Below, piece by piece: positions 27,558-36,657 of a DNA stretch of 50,599 nt. Under the pieces are notes generated by a model. It saw only the letters and a program-made list of their open reading frames with translations. It ran no database searches and was not told the DNA's origin. This DNA is from a virus. Taxonomy: Duplodnaviria; Heunggongvirae; Uroviricota; Caudoviricetes. Made by a program: the position numbers and the translations under genes. The stretch is taken from positions 206,551 through 257,149 of the IMG/VR virus record IMGVR_UViG_3300022562_001204; one strand, given 5' to 3'. Every line of letters begins with the position of its first letter. Positions within the stretch are counted from its first letter, which is position 1.

Positions 27558-29267
27558 TCAGTCGACGACTGCTTCAGTGACCTCTCCCGACTCCTGCGCG
27601 TCCCCCACCACTGGGATCAACTCCGGAGCACCGTTCAGTTTCCGGTAAGGAACTGAGGTACGACGCATGTCCGGAACATAGCCGGAGATGCCGGTCAGCT
27701 GAGCACACTCGTTCGTGAAGTAACACACCGCTCCGATCGAGATACCCACCGGAGCGATGGTTCCGACAACTCGAACCCTCGAACCGTAACCCACGTCCAA
27801 CTTCTCTCGACTGACAACCATGTCGATAAAAAACAGTGCTCGAATGGTGGCGTCAATCGGATATTTCGGAAGGAGAGCATCGAACCAATCAAAGACAGCT
27901 CCTTCACCCACCCGAATGTCTTTCATATCGACAGTAACGATATGGGCGCAGCTGCCGATGTGGAGGTTCTGATCGTCGATGGCGGTCGTCAGACCATAAC
28001 ATGGACTGGTTCTGTCCTTGACTGCAGCGATCTCCAGAACGGGTTCGTCATAGAGGTCTTCCTTCATCCAGACCGGGGGTTCGCTGACTTTCATTTCCAT
28101 CGGGAAACAAAGATTGACCGGAATGTAGGTCGGCGTCAGGCTGTTGCTATCCGTGAACACAGCCAGATCACGGATCTGGAAGAAGTTCTGCTTATCCGGG
28201 TGAACGTTTCCATTCGTTGCCGTAACCAGCCGATCATCCGGAGAGACATAGCCTGACTCAATCAGTTCCGGTGTTTGGGAGATCTCAATGAGGTCCACCC
28301 ACTCTTCTGCTGTCACCGGCCCTGAGGAATAGTCGGTGCCAGAGATCCGACGCTTCGGGTATTTGGGATCCAGGGGATAGAAGCATTTGCCAATGGTATC
28401 AGCATTCATGCTGTCCGAGATGATGGGTATCGCACGCACCGTACCCGTCAGAGACGTGTACTGACGAACAATGGGTTTCTCGGCCGGCTTTGCGGACTGG
28501 TCCTTTGACTTCTGTTTCTGATTCGTCTTCTGGCTGGATGTTTCTTCAGCCTTCGGCTTCTCCTTTTTCTTCTTCGGTTGATCGAAGTGATGTGACCGGA
28601 CCTGGTAGGGCGGCTTGGTCATCGGGACGTTCTTGGGACGCACCTCTTCGAAGAGGTCATCCGTCACTCGGTCCATCATGAACGTGAAGTCCGGGTCACG
28701 ACCCTGCTGGATCGCGGCACGGATCTCCTCGTAGCCTTCACAGACCCAGGTCCGCATCGGCGGACGCTGACAGACGCCGGACGGCAGAACGGAGTACATG
28801 TCGAACTCCCCGGAGGATTCAAACAGCATCTTCTTCAGCTTCGGATGCTGACAGACCCGTTCCCAGGCGGCCTGCATGACCATGGCGCTCAGGTTGGTGA
28901 CACGGCTCGGCGTGAGCTCCGGATAGATTTCCCGGGCATAGCGGCCGATCAGATCGCGGAATCGGTCATCGCGTTCTTCGAATCGCAGGTAGTTCCAGAA
29001 CCCTTCCGTGGACCGGAAGGTTCCGAAAACGGAGTGTGTGAAACGCAGGCTGGTGTTGGTGAAGTTCAACAACGAACCCAGTTGGGTACTGCCGCTGTAG
29101 TGGATGTTGACATGATCCACCCCATCTGCTTCCCACTGGTTCGGAGAACGAGTGGTCAGACGGGAGCTTCCGTTACGACGCAGGGTCAGTGACCCCGAAA
29201 CCTGGTTCAACTGCTCCTTCATGGCGCTGTTACGAGGAGCAGAATTCCTTTGTGCATGGCGTTTCAC
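27558..29267 (-). CDS. Two-domain protein with a NADAR/YbiA-like N-terminal domain, Lys-rich linker and unknown C-terminal domain, 569 aa
   Basis: GTG start with a GGAGGG RBS. Motif DGVDHVNI..S.T.LG.LL.F...FGTFRSTEGFW..L and later KLKKML. Confidence 0.5.
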   Translation of the reverse strand: MKRHAQRNSAPRNSAMKEQLNQVSGSLTLRRNGSSRLTTRSPNQWEADGVDHVNIHYSGSTQLGSLLNFTNTSLRFTHSVFGTFRSTEGFWNYLRFEERDDRFRDLIGRYAREIYPELTPSRVTNLSAMVMQAAWERVCQHPKLKKMLFESSGEFDMYSVLPSGVCQRPPMRTWVCEGYEEIRAAIQQGRDPDFTFMMDRVTDDLFEEVRPKNVPMTKPPYQVRSHHFDQPKKKKEKPKAEETSSQKTNQKQKSKDQSAKPAEKPIVRQYTSLTGTVRAIPIISDSMNADTIGKCFYPLDPKYPKRRISGTDYSSGPVTAEEWVDLIEISQTPELIESGYVSPDDRLVTATNGNVHPDKQNFFQIRDLAVFTDSNSLTPTYIPVNLCFPMEMKVSEPPVWMKEDLYDEPVLEIAAVKDRTSPCYGLTTAIDDQNLHIGSCAHIVTVDMKDIRVGEGAVFDWFDALLPKYPIDATIRALFFIDMVVSREKLDVGYGSRVRVVGTIAPVGISIGAVCYFTNECAQLTGISGYVPDMRRTSVPYRKLNGAPELIPVVGDAQESGEVTEAVVD

Positions 29268-29309
29268 GTTAACCCTCCTAGGGGTTTGGAAGTGATGAGA
29301 GGTGCGGTG

Positions 29310-29909
29310 TTACTGGTTTGCGAAGGACCGTTCGAATTCGATCTTCGCTGTTTTCAGGGTCTTGGAGCCAAACTGAGTCAATTGGCCGTACTGGATCAAG
29401 AGGACCGCCGTCATGAGCCAGGGTTCTTGGGCCAGGTAGGTAGAGACCCCGGCTTCATCGAACTGGAAAGCGGTTTGAATCTCAAGAGCCATCATCGATT
29501 CAACCCCGCCAGAGAACCAAGGACGGGATTGTTTCAGTCCCGTTACCAACGTGTGTGCGAGACGAGCGGGTGTATGCGGTCCCATGGGTGTGATCCGCGC
29601 ATACAGTCGATCCGTGACTTCGAGATAAAAATCTCGAATGATATCATTCGCATCAAGCGTTTCGGCCAAGCTTCTCAGGTTTCTGACAGAGAAGAAGGTG
29701 CTGAGACGCCACGCCACGAGTACGGTACCGATGTGTTCACCGATAGTCTCCTCGAGTTCAAATCCAATCAGACGGTAACAGTAGTTGTCCACTACGTCGA
29801 TGAAGATGTCCCGAATCAGGGCTTCTTCCTCCAGACTAAGGACCGTCAGAGTCGGTTCCTTACCCTGCGGCGGTAACGGTTTCTTCTCGTTCGTGTTGTC
29901 CAGATTCAT
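29310..29909 (-). CDS. Hypothetical protein, 199 aa
   Basis: ORF within the operon with a GGAG RBS. Confidence 0.7.
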   Translation of the reverse strand: MNLDNTNEKKPLPPQGKEPTLTVLSLEEEALIRDIFIDVVDNYCYRLIGFELEETIGEHIGTVLVAWRLSTFFSVRNLRSLAETLDANDIIRDFYLEVTDRLYARITPMGPHTPARLAHTLVTGLKQSRPWFSGGVESMMALEIQTAFQFDEAGVSTYLAQEPWLMTAVLLIQYGQLTQFGSKTLKTAKIEFERSFANQ

Positions 29910-30603
29910 CGTTTGACAGCTCCGGTTCTCCCAAGATGAGACTCTTGGTGTGGTTGGTATGGTAGTTACCCGAGTGATACATCGTCAGGTCGATGATGAG
30001 CCGGGTCGTCCCAATCACCGATAGACCTTTCATGAATACCTTCCAGCTCATGGTGTTCTTAGCCAGGTCTCTTCTCAACGAACTCTTCGCAGCTGAGAAC
30101 TCAGCGGAATTCACACCCGGGTGAAACCGCCTGGTGTAATGTTCCAGGTAGGACTGGAGTTGCTCGTCGTCAATCTCCAACGACGCTAGGATGTCGTGGT
30201 AAAACTTGGCGAGCTTAGGTTCCCTCTCCCAGCCTTCTCCGTAGTCAGTCTTCAATCCGATCCGCATGACGTGAGTACTTTCAGTCTCGTCGCCACGAAA
30301 CAGACGGAAAACCATCATGACACGCTCTGCCCTGAAGAACCTCAATGCCTTCATGAACACCTTCCAGGTCATGGTGTTCTTGAGCAGCTCACGCGCCAAT
30401 GAACTTCTGGCGGTCGAGATCTCGCTGCTATTGGTGACCTTGTTCTCCAGAATGACGAATCGTTCCAGTAACGCCTGGAAGCGGGCGATGTCGATTTGGA
30501 AGTCCAACAGGATGTCCCGGAAGATACTGGAGAGTATCGAATCCACCCCACCTGTGGCAATTCGTTCGTTATACGCAAGATTGTCGTCGCGAATATCCGT
30601 CAC
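29860..30603 (-). CDS. Hypothetical protein with an internal tandem domain duplication, 247 aa
   Basis: Two copies of A[RK]SSL.R[ED]L.KNTM[TS]WKVFMK[AG]L. Confidence 0.75.
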   Translation of the reverse strand: MTDIRDDNLAYNERIATGGVDSILSSIFRDILLDFQIDIARFQALLERFVILENKVTNSSEISTARSSLARELLKNTMTWKVFMKALRFFRAERVMMVFRLFRGDETESTHVMRIGLKTDYGEGWEREPKLAKFYHDILASLEIDDEQLQSYLEHYTRRFHPGVNSAEFSAAKSSLRRDLAKNTMSWKVFMKGLSVIGTTRLIIDLTMYHSGNYHTNHTKSLILGEPELSNDESGQHEREETVTAAG

Positions 30604-30615
30604 GACAGGCTCCTG

Positions 30616-31104
30616 TTAAAGTGGGTCACCCTCGAAGGTTACTTCTACGAGGAGATCGATGAGGTTGTCAAAGTAGAGGACGAACGGTGCAAGTGTTCGT
30701 AAGGTTTCCTCGTACTTCTCAGCATCTGGACTGAGTTCACAGACCTCGTAGAGGGTCAGAAACTCTTGAAGTCTCTCAGTGAAGAGGTTGATGAGGGTTT
30801 CGCTATCTTCATAACACCCCTGTTGATCCACGAACATGTCAGAGAGATAGACTTCCTGACCGGGTATTCTGGAGTAGTGACTGATTGAGAGTGCTGGATT
30901 TTCAAGCACTCGGATGAAGTTTCTGAAGCTTGAATTCAACTCAGCAAAGGTTCTAAACACCGACCATAGCCGAATAGAAGACATATTGGGTGAATGTACC
31001 TGGTTTATCCGATCCATTCGGATCAACTCAATCTTGCGCTTGATTTGCTCGTAGCGACTTAATGGTTTCGGTTTATCTTTTTTCTTAAACCACCAGAAAT
31101 TCAC
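30616..31104 (-). CDS. Hypothetical protein, ~162 aa
   Basis: GTG 31104 with an AAGGA RBS, downstream of a promoter-like motif. Confidence 0.65.
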   Translation of the reverse strand: MNFWWFKKKDKPKPLSRYEQIKRKIELIRMDRINQVHSPNMSSIRLWSVFRTFAELNSSFRNFIRVLENPALSISHYSRIPGQEVYLSDMFVDQQGCYEDSETLINLFTERLQEFLTLYEVCELSPDAEKYEETLRTLAPFVLYFDNLIDLLVEVTFEGDPL

Positions 31105-31142
31105 GGTTGACGTCCTTTTACAAGACGACTCATGGAGTCTGT

Positions 31143-31158
31143 TCATGTAGAGTATGTA
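31143..31158 (-). promoter_or_regulatory. Variant early promoter TACATACT-ctaca-TGA
   Basis: Near-match to the repeated motif, at the head of the 31104-27558 operon. Confidence 0.45.
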
Positions 31159-31183
31159 CAGCTAATCTTTTTAAGGAAGGGCC

Positions 31184-31570
31184 ATGTCCAGCACCGAAGT
31201 GTTTGATCTGGAGGAGCAACAGGTCCTCCGAAGAACTCAGGATGTCCGTGAGCGTATTGTCACGGAACTGACTGAGAGAGGTATTCCCAGCGACAAGGAA
31301 GATCGTACGATCCTGCTGTCCACCCTCAAGGACATGGATAATGCCGTGTTCAACAAGGCCAGGACCCGCATCGCATCCAAGGCCGAACAGAACAACACCG
31401 ACGTTCTGAAGATGAATGCGGAGCTACTCAGGAACATATCGGGGGATGCTTTCCGTAAGCAACCCTCCCCAGAGGAACGCGCTCTGGATCCTTCGCACTC
31501 CCGAACGTTTGTCCCGGGCGAATTGGAAATTGGGGTCGCACCCATCTCCGCTGATGAAATTGGGTCGTGA
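31184..31570 (+). CDS. Conserved hypothetical protein, 128 aa
   Basis: ORF with an AAGGAAGG RBS, ending at a bidirectional hairpin. Confidence 0.7.
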   Translation: MSSTEVFDLEEQQVLRRTQDVRERIVTELTERGIPSDKEDRTILLSTLKDMDNAVFNKARTRIASKAEQNNTDVLKMNAELLRNISGDAFRKQPSPEERALDPSHSRTFVPGELEIGVAPISADEIGS

Positions 31571-31577
31571 AGCACCA

Positions 31578-31612
31578 CACAGAGAGTCCGGGATTAGCCC
31601 GGACTCTCTGTG
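31578..31612. terminator. Bidirectional hairpin between convergent genes
   Basis: 15-bp perfect stem cacagagagtccggg/cccggactctctgtg. Confidence 0.7.
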
Positions 31613-32346
31613 GTTTTGTCGTCTGTTCGAAACAGTTTGGGGTTCTTGGGGTCCTCAATGAAGATGGAGAAGAGCCTGGCCGGCGCCATCTCCAGATGTA
31701 CGAAAGGTCCGGCAAGTTGTTCAATAGCCGTCTTGTACGTCTCCAAGGTGAAGTCAACGGCCTTGGTGCTCTTTAAAAGGAGTGGCCCATACATGAATAC
31801 CGTCGGGCAGGCCTCCTTCTCAAATGTCTTCAGTTTGGAATGGAGTTCGAGCCAGTTGAGCGGGTCATACATGAACACCATGTCCACACCAGCACCTGTA
31901 AAGTACCGAGGCGTCAGGCTCTCTGGAGGAATATTGACGAGAGAGATCTCTGCCATGTCCTTGGTCCTGTACTTCAGAACCGACAGGAAGAGCTGTTTCT
32001 CAGAGTCGTCGAGGGTATAGGGGTACTGGTTCAGAATGACCTTGGGGACCTGATGGAGCGGAGAGGTGACGTTCATTGAGAGGGTCTCCTTACAAAAGGA
32101 GGCAACGATATCAATGATCGGCGTCACCATCGAGCACTTCAGGGTCGCTCGGTCTCTCTTTGCATAGTGGCTGTCAAACTGAAAGGGAGCGACTCCTGGG
32201 TAGAAGTCGCTCACCCTGTCCAGGTATCCCTTCTCAATAATACCCTTGACCCGTTTGGGCGCTAGCCGGTAGAGCGTTCCCATTCGGGTATCCAGGAGGG
32301 CATCGAGTTCCAAGAAGATCACGGACGTCCTGGGGGTCGTCGACAT
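31594..32346 (-). CDS. Conserved phiKZ-like protein with a HAD-like N-terminus, 250 aa
   Basis: IFLELDALLDTRMGTL motif. Adjacent to vRNAP betaC. Confidence 0.6.
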   Translation of the reverse strand: MSTTPRTSVIFLELDALLDTRMGTLYRLAPKRVKGIIEKGYLDRVSDFYPGVAPFQFDSHYAKRDRATLKCSMVTPIIDIVASFCKETLSMNVTSPLHQVPKVILNQYPYTLDDSEKQLFLSVLKYRTKDMAEISLVNIPPESLTPRYFTGAGVDMVFMYDPLNWLELHSKLKTFEKEACPTVFMYGPLLLKSTKAVDFTLETYKTAIEQLAGPFVHLEMAPARLFSIFIEDPKNPKLFRTDDKTTESPG

Positions 32347-33017
32347 TATAAGGTATTCCTTAAATGTGCGGCGGTCAGGAAGGTCTTTAAGGTAGCGGTC
32401 GACTCCACCCCTGAAGCGTATCGACTCAGGGTCTTCAGGTTAGCCCGACCATACTTGGTGATCAGGCCGTTCAGGGCGATGCGGCCCTGATTGTCGCCAC
32501 CACGGTACTTCATGGTCTCGATGAGTGGGGCTTCCAGCCCCATGGCAGTGAGGACCTGGACTTCTGGGGCGGAGAGGCTGGCGCCCTTGGAGTCACCGGT
32601 GACCTGACCTGTCAGGGCATCCACCACTTTGTTGTTGCTGGGGACCGAGATCTTCTTATCGGACGTCTGGGACGCCCGACGGACCGGCAGGTCCAGCACC
32701 ATGTACTCGATCGGGGTGAGGTAGTCCGGCAACCCATCCTTACCCGTGATCCAGAGTTTGGTGAAGAACTGGTGTCCCATCTCGTCAGCAATCTTGAAGT
32801 TGTTCTCAATCGACGTCTCGTCCTGGGTACGGTTCGGGGCGATAATCGAGAGAATCTCCAGTCCACGGTCCAGACGGTCGATGAACTGGGCGAATTCGTC
32901 ATCCGACATCAGTGCAAACCGGGCTTCGTAGAGTTTCCGGTTGCGGTCTGAGCCGGGTGTCAGGCTTTGGATACGGTCCAGGAGCTTACCCTGGACCGCT
33001 TGGCGATCGCCGGCCAT
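32346..33017 (-). CDS. Virion RNA polymerase beta C-terminal subunit (phiKZ gp149 / SPN3US gp218-like)
   Basis: KKISVP...DALTGQVTGDSKGASLSAPE matches the beta switch/clamp region. Also KYRGGD. Confidence 0.8.
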   Translation of the reverse strand: MAGDRQAVQGKLLDRIQSLTPGSDRNRKLYEARFALMSDDEFAQFIDRLDRGLEILSIIAPNRTQDETSIENNFKIADEMGHQFFTKLWITGKDGLPDYLTPIEYMVLDLPVRRASQTSDKKISVPSNNKVVDALTGQVTGDSKGASLSAPEVQVLTAMGLEAPLIETMKYRGGDNQGRIALNGLITKYGRANLKTLSRYASGVESTATLKTFLTAAHLRNTL

Positions 33018-33022
33018 GACGT

Positions 33023-33388
33023 TCAGCTGTTCGCAGCCAGGCAGTTCTTCAGGAAGAAGTCCGCCACATGGTCATTGAAGTACGACACCCAATCTTCGAT
33101 CGGTCCATTCTGGACCAGATAACACCGGACGTCCATGGAGGGCATCGAGGAGGCCGAGAGTGCTCCGACCAGGTAGCGGTTCAGGAGGAACCGCTGGACC
33201 CAGGGGCGTCGATCTTCGGCCTGCTTCACCTGAACACTGTTCATGAAGAGCTTGATGTTGTCATCATTGGCCCCACGGGCCGTCAAGATTTCTCGCACAA
33301 CCTGAACCAGGTCGATATCATCTTCCTGTCGAGGTTCGTTGTAGTGCGCAATCCCTTGCGATAGGGCCATGCCATTGATGCTGTTCAT
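33023..33388 (-). CDS. Conserved hypothetical protein, 121 aa
   Basis: ORF between uvsX and betaC with an AAGGA RBS. Confidence 0.7.
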   Translation of the reverse strand: MNSINGMALSQGIAHYNEPRQEDDIDLVQVVREILTARGANDDNIKLFMNSVQVKQAEDRRPWVQRFLLNRYLVGALSASSMPSMDVRCYLVQNGPIEDWVSYFNDHVADFFLKNCLAANS

Positions 33389-33397
33389 AATCCGTCC

Positions 33398-34840
33398 TTA
33401 ATGTCGTTTGAACTGTTTCTTAATGGTTTTCTTGTCTGCTTCAAGCCAGTATGGGTGATAGGTCCCCTTGGCCATCTCGATCAAGTCGCGCGTACTCAGA
33501 AAGTACTCAGCGACCTTTTCGTTGTCATACGTCCACCAGCCGCGGGTATTCTCCAGGATGAAGTCCCAGTCATACCCATTTTCCTTGACCTTGGTATAGA
33601 GCTCTGTGGCATCCATCAGGTCGCCTTTCAGATACTGGCGATGGAAGATATGCATCTGGGCCAGTTCCGAGGTGATATTCATCGCTCGACGAAGCTTCGG
33701 TTCGCTATCCACCTTCATACGGACCGTGGTCCGTGAGAGCTTAACGTCCGGCAGCAGCGTCAGACTGTAATTCATGTCATTCCCATCAAACCCGAACTTC
33801 TGGCTCTTCAGGAAGTTGAACTCCGTCATGGTTGGGAGCACGCCCTCGTCCTGAGAAACGATAATTTGCAGGGTCCAGCCGCTGGGGCCTGCTTTACCAC
33901 GCAGGTGTTGAACAGTGACCTCATTAAGGTCAACGTCGCCTACTATGGCTTCTCCCTGGACCTTCGGCCACTTCGGTGTTTTGTCATCCTGCCAAAGGAG
34001 TTTGCTGTTGTTTACCATCCAAAGGTTTTGCTGGAGGTAAAGGAATTGCCCGGTGACACCCTTGATTTTGGTATCGGTGTTCAGGAACTGGAGCTGTTTC
34101 TTCGGCGGAGCAGTGCCCGGACCAGAAGACATCGCCATGTTCGGACCAATGTGCGCCGTTGAGAGCACCACGTGGTTCGCTGCTGCGCACATGGAGGGTG
34201 TTTCATGGAGGAGCTGGGCCTTACCCAGACCTTCTCGCATAAACAGATGAGAGCCGCTAGAAGCGCCAATCTCGTTCTTATCCATGATATCCTCGGTCGT
34301 ACCCAGGGCCATGGCTGAAATGGAGTCATACTCCGAGAAGGTCGGGAAAAGCTCCGTCACTGGGTTCCCATGCTTATCGTCATAGGGCAGGGTCACCGTC
34401 AGGCTCTTGGCGTTCTTACGCTTCTCCTTCATGAACTTCCGAAGAATGGCGTACCATTCATCGGCCAGATACTGGGAAGCATCAGAGACCGTCCAGTAGC
34501 CCTCGTCAAGCAGGTCGATGTTCTCAAAGACAGGAAACCGTTTGGAGAAGTTCCTCAGACGGCTCAAGTGAATGTTGCTTTCACTGTCATACGACGAGCA
34601 GGTCGTTGGTTTGTATGCGAAGATCTTGGCCATCGCACTCAGCAGCTGGTAGTGCAGCATGGTAGACTTGAACATGTTGCCAGGACCCACAATCGCCGTC
34701 ATAGGCCCCAGGCCACCCATGAGGATCCATTCCCCGTACCGCCCTTTGACCCAGTACCCGGTCGGGATGTCGAAACAAGCCCCGATATTGAACAGGGACT
34801 TGGTCTCGTTGATCTGCTTAAATGCGGGTTTCAGTTCCAT
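33398..34840 (-). CDS. uvsX: UvsX/RecA-like recombinase (phiKZ gp152-like)
   Basis: Walker A GPGNMFKST, YDSE, Walker B-like EYDSIS, STAH and RGKAGPSG. Confidence 0.85.
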   Translation of the reverse strand: MELKPAFKQINETKSLFNIGACFDIPTGYWVKGRYGEWILMGGLGPMTAIVGPGNMFKSTMLHYQLLSAMAKIFAYKPTTCSSYDSESNIHLSRLRNFSKRFPVFENIDLLDEGYWTVSDASQYLADEWYAILRKFMKEKRKNAKSLTVTLPYDDKHGNPVTELFPTFSEYDSISAMALGTTEDIMDKNEIGASSGSHLFMREGLGKAQLLHETPSMCAAANHVVLSTAHIGPNMAMSSGPGTAPPKKQLQFLNTDTKIKGVTGQFLYLQQNLWMVNNSKLLWQDDKTPKWPKVQGEAIVGDVDLNEVTVQHLRGKAGPSGWTLQIIVSQDEGVLPTMTEFNFLKSQKFGFDGNDMNYSLTLLPDVKLSRTTVRMKVDSEPKLRRAMNITSELAQMHIFHRQYLKGDLMDATELYTKVKENGYDWDFILENTRGWWTYDNEKVAEYFLSTRDLIEMAKGTYHPYWLEADKKTIKKQFKRH

Positions 34841-34954
34841 CGGTATCTGGTTCCTGGCGCTTAGGCTTCATCGCACATCTAATGAATAATTAACACCCCG
34901 TTTGAAGCCCTTCTGGAGAACGGTGTGCTGGACTAACTTATAGGGACTCACCGT

Positions 34955-35821
34955 ATGGATTTTTTCAGTGTTACGCTAGAAGGAGAACTGGGTGACTTGA
35001 CCGAAGAACGCGTGATGGATCGGATCAGCCTGGAGGCTGATGCACTCGCGAATGTCTCCGGCGTCCTCAGGAACGTCTTCCCTTCCATTGTTCGTCACTT
35101 TCAAGCATCCTCAAGTAAGACTGAGAAGCTGAAGTTCAAGGGCCCTCAGCTGTCCCATATGGACAAGATGTTAAGGACCCTTGACAAAACAGGCGCCAAG
35201 GATCGGTTCCTGAGCTACAGAAAGACGCTGGTTCCGGTACCTGACGGGTTTACGGGGGACTTCTTGTCCTATTCTGAGTATTTCGTCCAGGCAGCACCAG
35301 AGCAGGCCAAGTTCACGACGGACATCCTCCGGGAGTATACCCTTGTTCTATCGAATTTCATCTCGAATCAAGAGGCTCGTCGCTCGCTGGAAGATCATGA
35401 TGTTCTTTATGCGAGAGTCGAGCATTTTCGGACTACCCTACGAACCTCCCTCCAAGCCTTCTTCTCCGGAGACCAAGGAGAAAGAGCCCGACTCATCCAA
35501 GTAGTCCCGCGCTACGCTGACCTTCGACCCATTGTGGACAACATGGTTCGCCTGAACAACATCGCAGAGACCCCCTTCCTGAGGACTCTGGATAAGTCTA
35601 TGCTTGAGTGCGCCAAGCTTCTCTCCATCATCCAAAAGCGTCTCCAGAGCGGGGATTTTGACGATGTCTCCGGAGAAGCTGCCAAGCGCCTTGCCAATGG
35701 GGCGTACAAGATCGCCAACTTCGTGGATACCCTCGTGGTCTTCTATTATGGTATTCAGGGTCTTGTTTCCTCGGTGGAGGCAACCCTGGAAGTCCTGACT
35801 GAACTGGAAAACAAAAAGTAA
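34955..35821 (+). CDS. Virion head protein (phiKZ gp153-like), 288 aa
   Basis: Divergent from uvsX. N-terminal TLE/SLE protease-type sites. Confidence 0.6.
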   Translation: MDFFSVTLEGELGDLTEERVMDRISLEADALANVSGVLRNVFPSIVRHFQASSSKTEKLKFKGPQLSHMDKMLRTLDKTGAKDRFLSYRKTLVPVPDGFTGDFLSYSEYFVQAAPEQAKFTTDILREYTLVLSNFISNQEARRSLEDHDVLYARVEHFRTTLRTSLQAFFSGDQGERARLIQVVPRYADLRPIVDNMVRLNNIAETPFLRTLDKSMLECAKLLSIIQKRLQSGDFDDVSGEAAKRLANGAYKIANFVDTLVVFYYGIQGLVSSVEATLEVLTELENKK

Positions 35822-35829
35822 TGGACAGA

Positions 35830-35857
35830 CCCCAGGGAGCCTGATGGCTCCCTGGGG
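35830..35857. terminator. Bidirectional hairpin (GGCATA-hairpin class on -)
   Basis: 12-bp stem ccccagggagcc/ggctccctgggg. Confidence 0.7.
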
Positions 35858-35867
35858 CTATGCCGCG

Positions 35868-36065
35868 TTACAGGTACAACAGTCCGTCCACCGACGTCTC
35901 GAAGGAGATATACTCCATCGGGTCCCTGAGGTTGGTCATGTCCGCCACATACTTCTCCCCGTCAGCGCCCGTCACAGAGACGGTGTACTTCAGGGGCTTA
36001 TCGCCCTGGCTCATGAAGGCAGCGTCCATCTGGTCGATGCTGATCACGTCGTTCGGCTGGTTCAT
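35868..36065 (-). CDS. Small acidic hypothetical protein, ~65 aa
   Basis: ATG 36065 (MNQPND) with an AAGGAG RBS. Confidence 0.65.
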   Translation of the reverse strand: MNQPNDVISIDQMDAAFMSQGDKPLKYTVSVTGADGEKYVADMTNLRDPMEYISFETSVDGLLYL

Positions 36066-36137
36066 TGTGACTCCTTTTTCGGTTGTTGACAGCACAACTG
36101 CTACGGACCGAGAGGTCCGTAGCAGCGTAAGGTACCG

Positions 36138-36647
36138 CTAGGCAGCAACAGCTTCTGGCGTTCCGGGTTCCATCATCTTCTTCAGACAAAGGAAACCATC
36201 TCGCGCCATGAGTTCCGGAGAGCCGTACTTCAGCATCATCGGAGCCCTGGAGGCTAAGTATAGACTCACCTGAGCGAGTTCCAGCTCATTCATCTCTGCC
36301 GGGTTCATGCCCAGTACACGAATATCCCTGGCGGTGCCGGGGATCTTCGAGTCCATGACAGAACTCCAGATCAGGTTGCGAATGAAGATCGGGATGAGGT
36401 AGCTATGCGCACGCTCGGTCATCTGAAGGATGCTATTCAGCTTCTCCAAGATCACCACATCGGGTTTCCTGATGAAACTGGTCAGCCCCAGGATACTTGA
36501 GATGTACAGCAAACGCTTCCACTTCCCTGGAATCACAGGTACAACGCTCTCGAGAAACAATCGTGAGAGCCAGGTGGTCAACACAGAAAAGACTCCAGCA
36601 TAAGCATGCATGACAATATCCTTAAGGGTGAGGGACTCCGCTGTCAA
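36138..36647 (-). CDS. Hypothetical protein, ~169 aa
   Basis: ORF directly downstream of RNase H. Start uncertain. Confidence 0.6.
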   Translation of the reverse strand: MTAESLTLKDIVMHAYAGVFSVLTTWLSRLFLESVVPVIPGKWKRLLYISSILGLTSFIRKPDVVILEKLNSILQMTERAHSYLIPIFIRNLIWSSVMDSKIPGTARDIRVLGMNPAEMNELELAQVSLYLASRAPMMLKYGSPELMARDGFLCLKKMMEPGTPEAVAA

Positions 36648-36657
36648 AAGATCGGGG

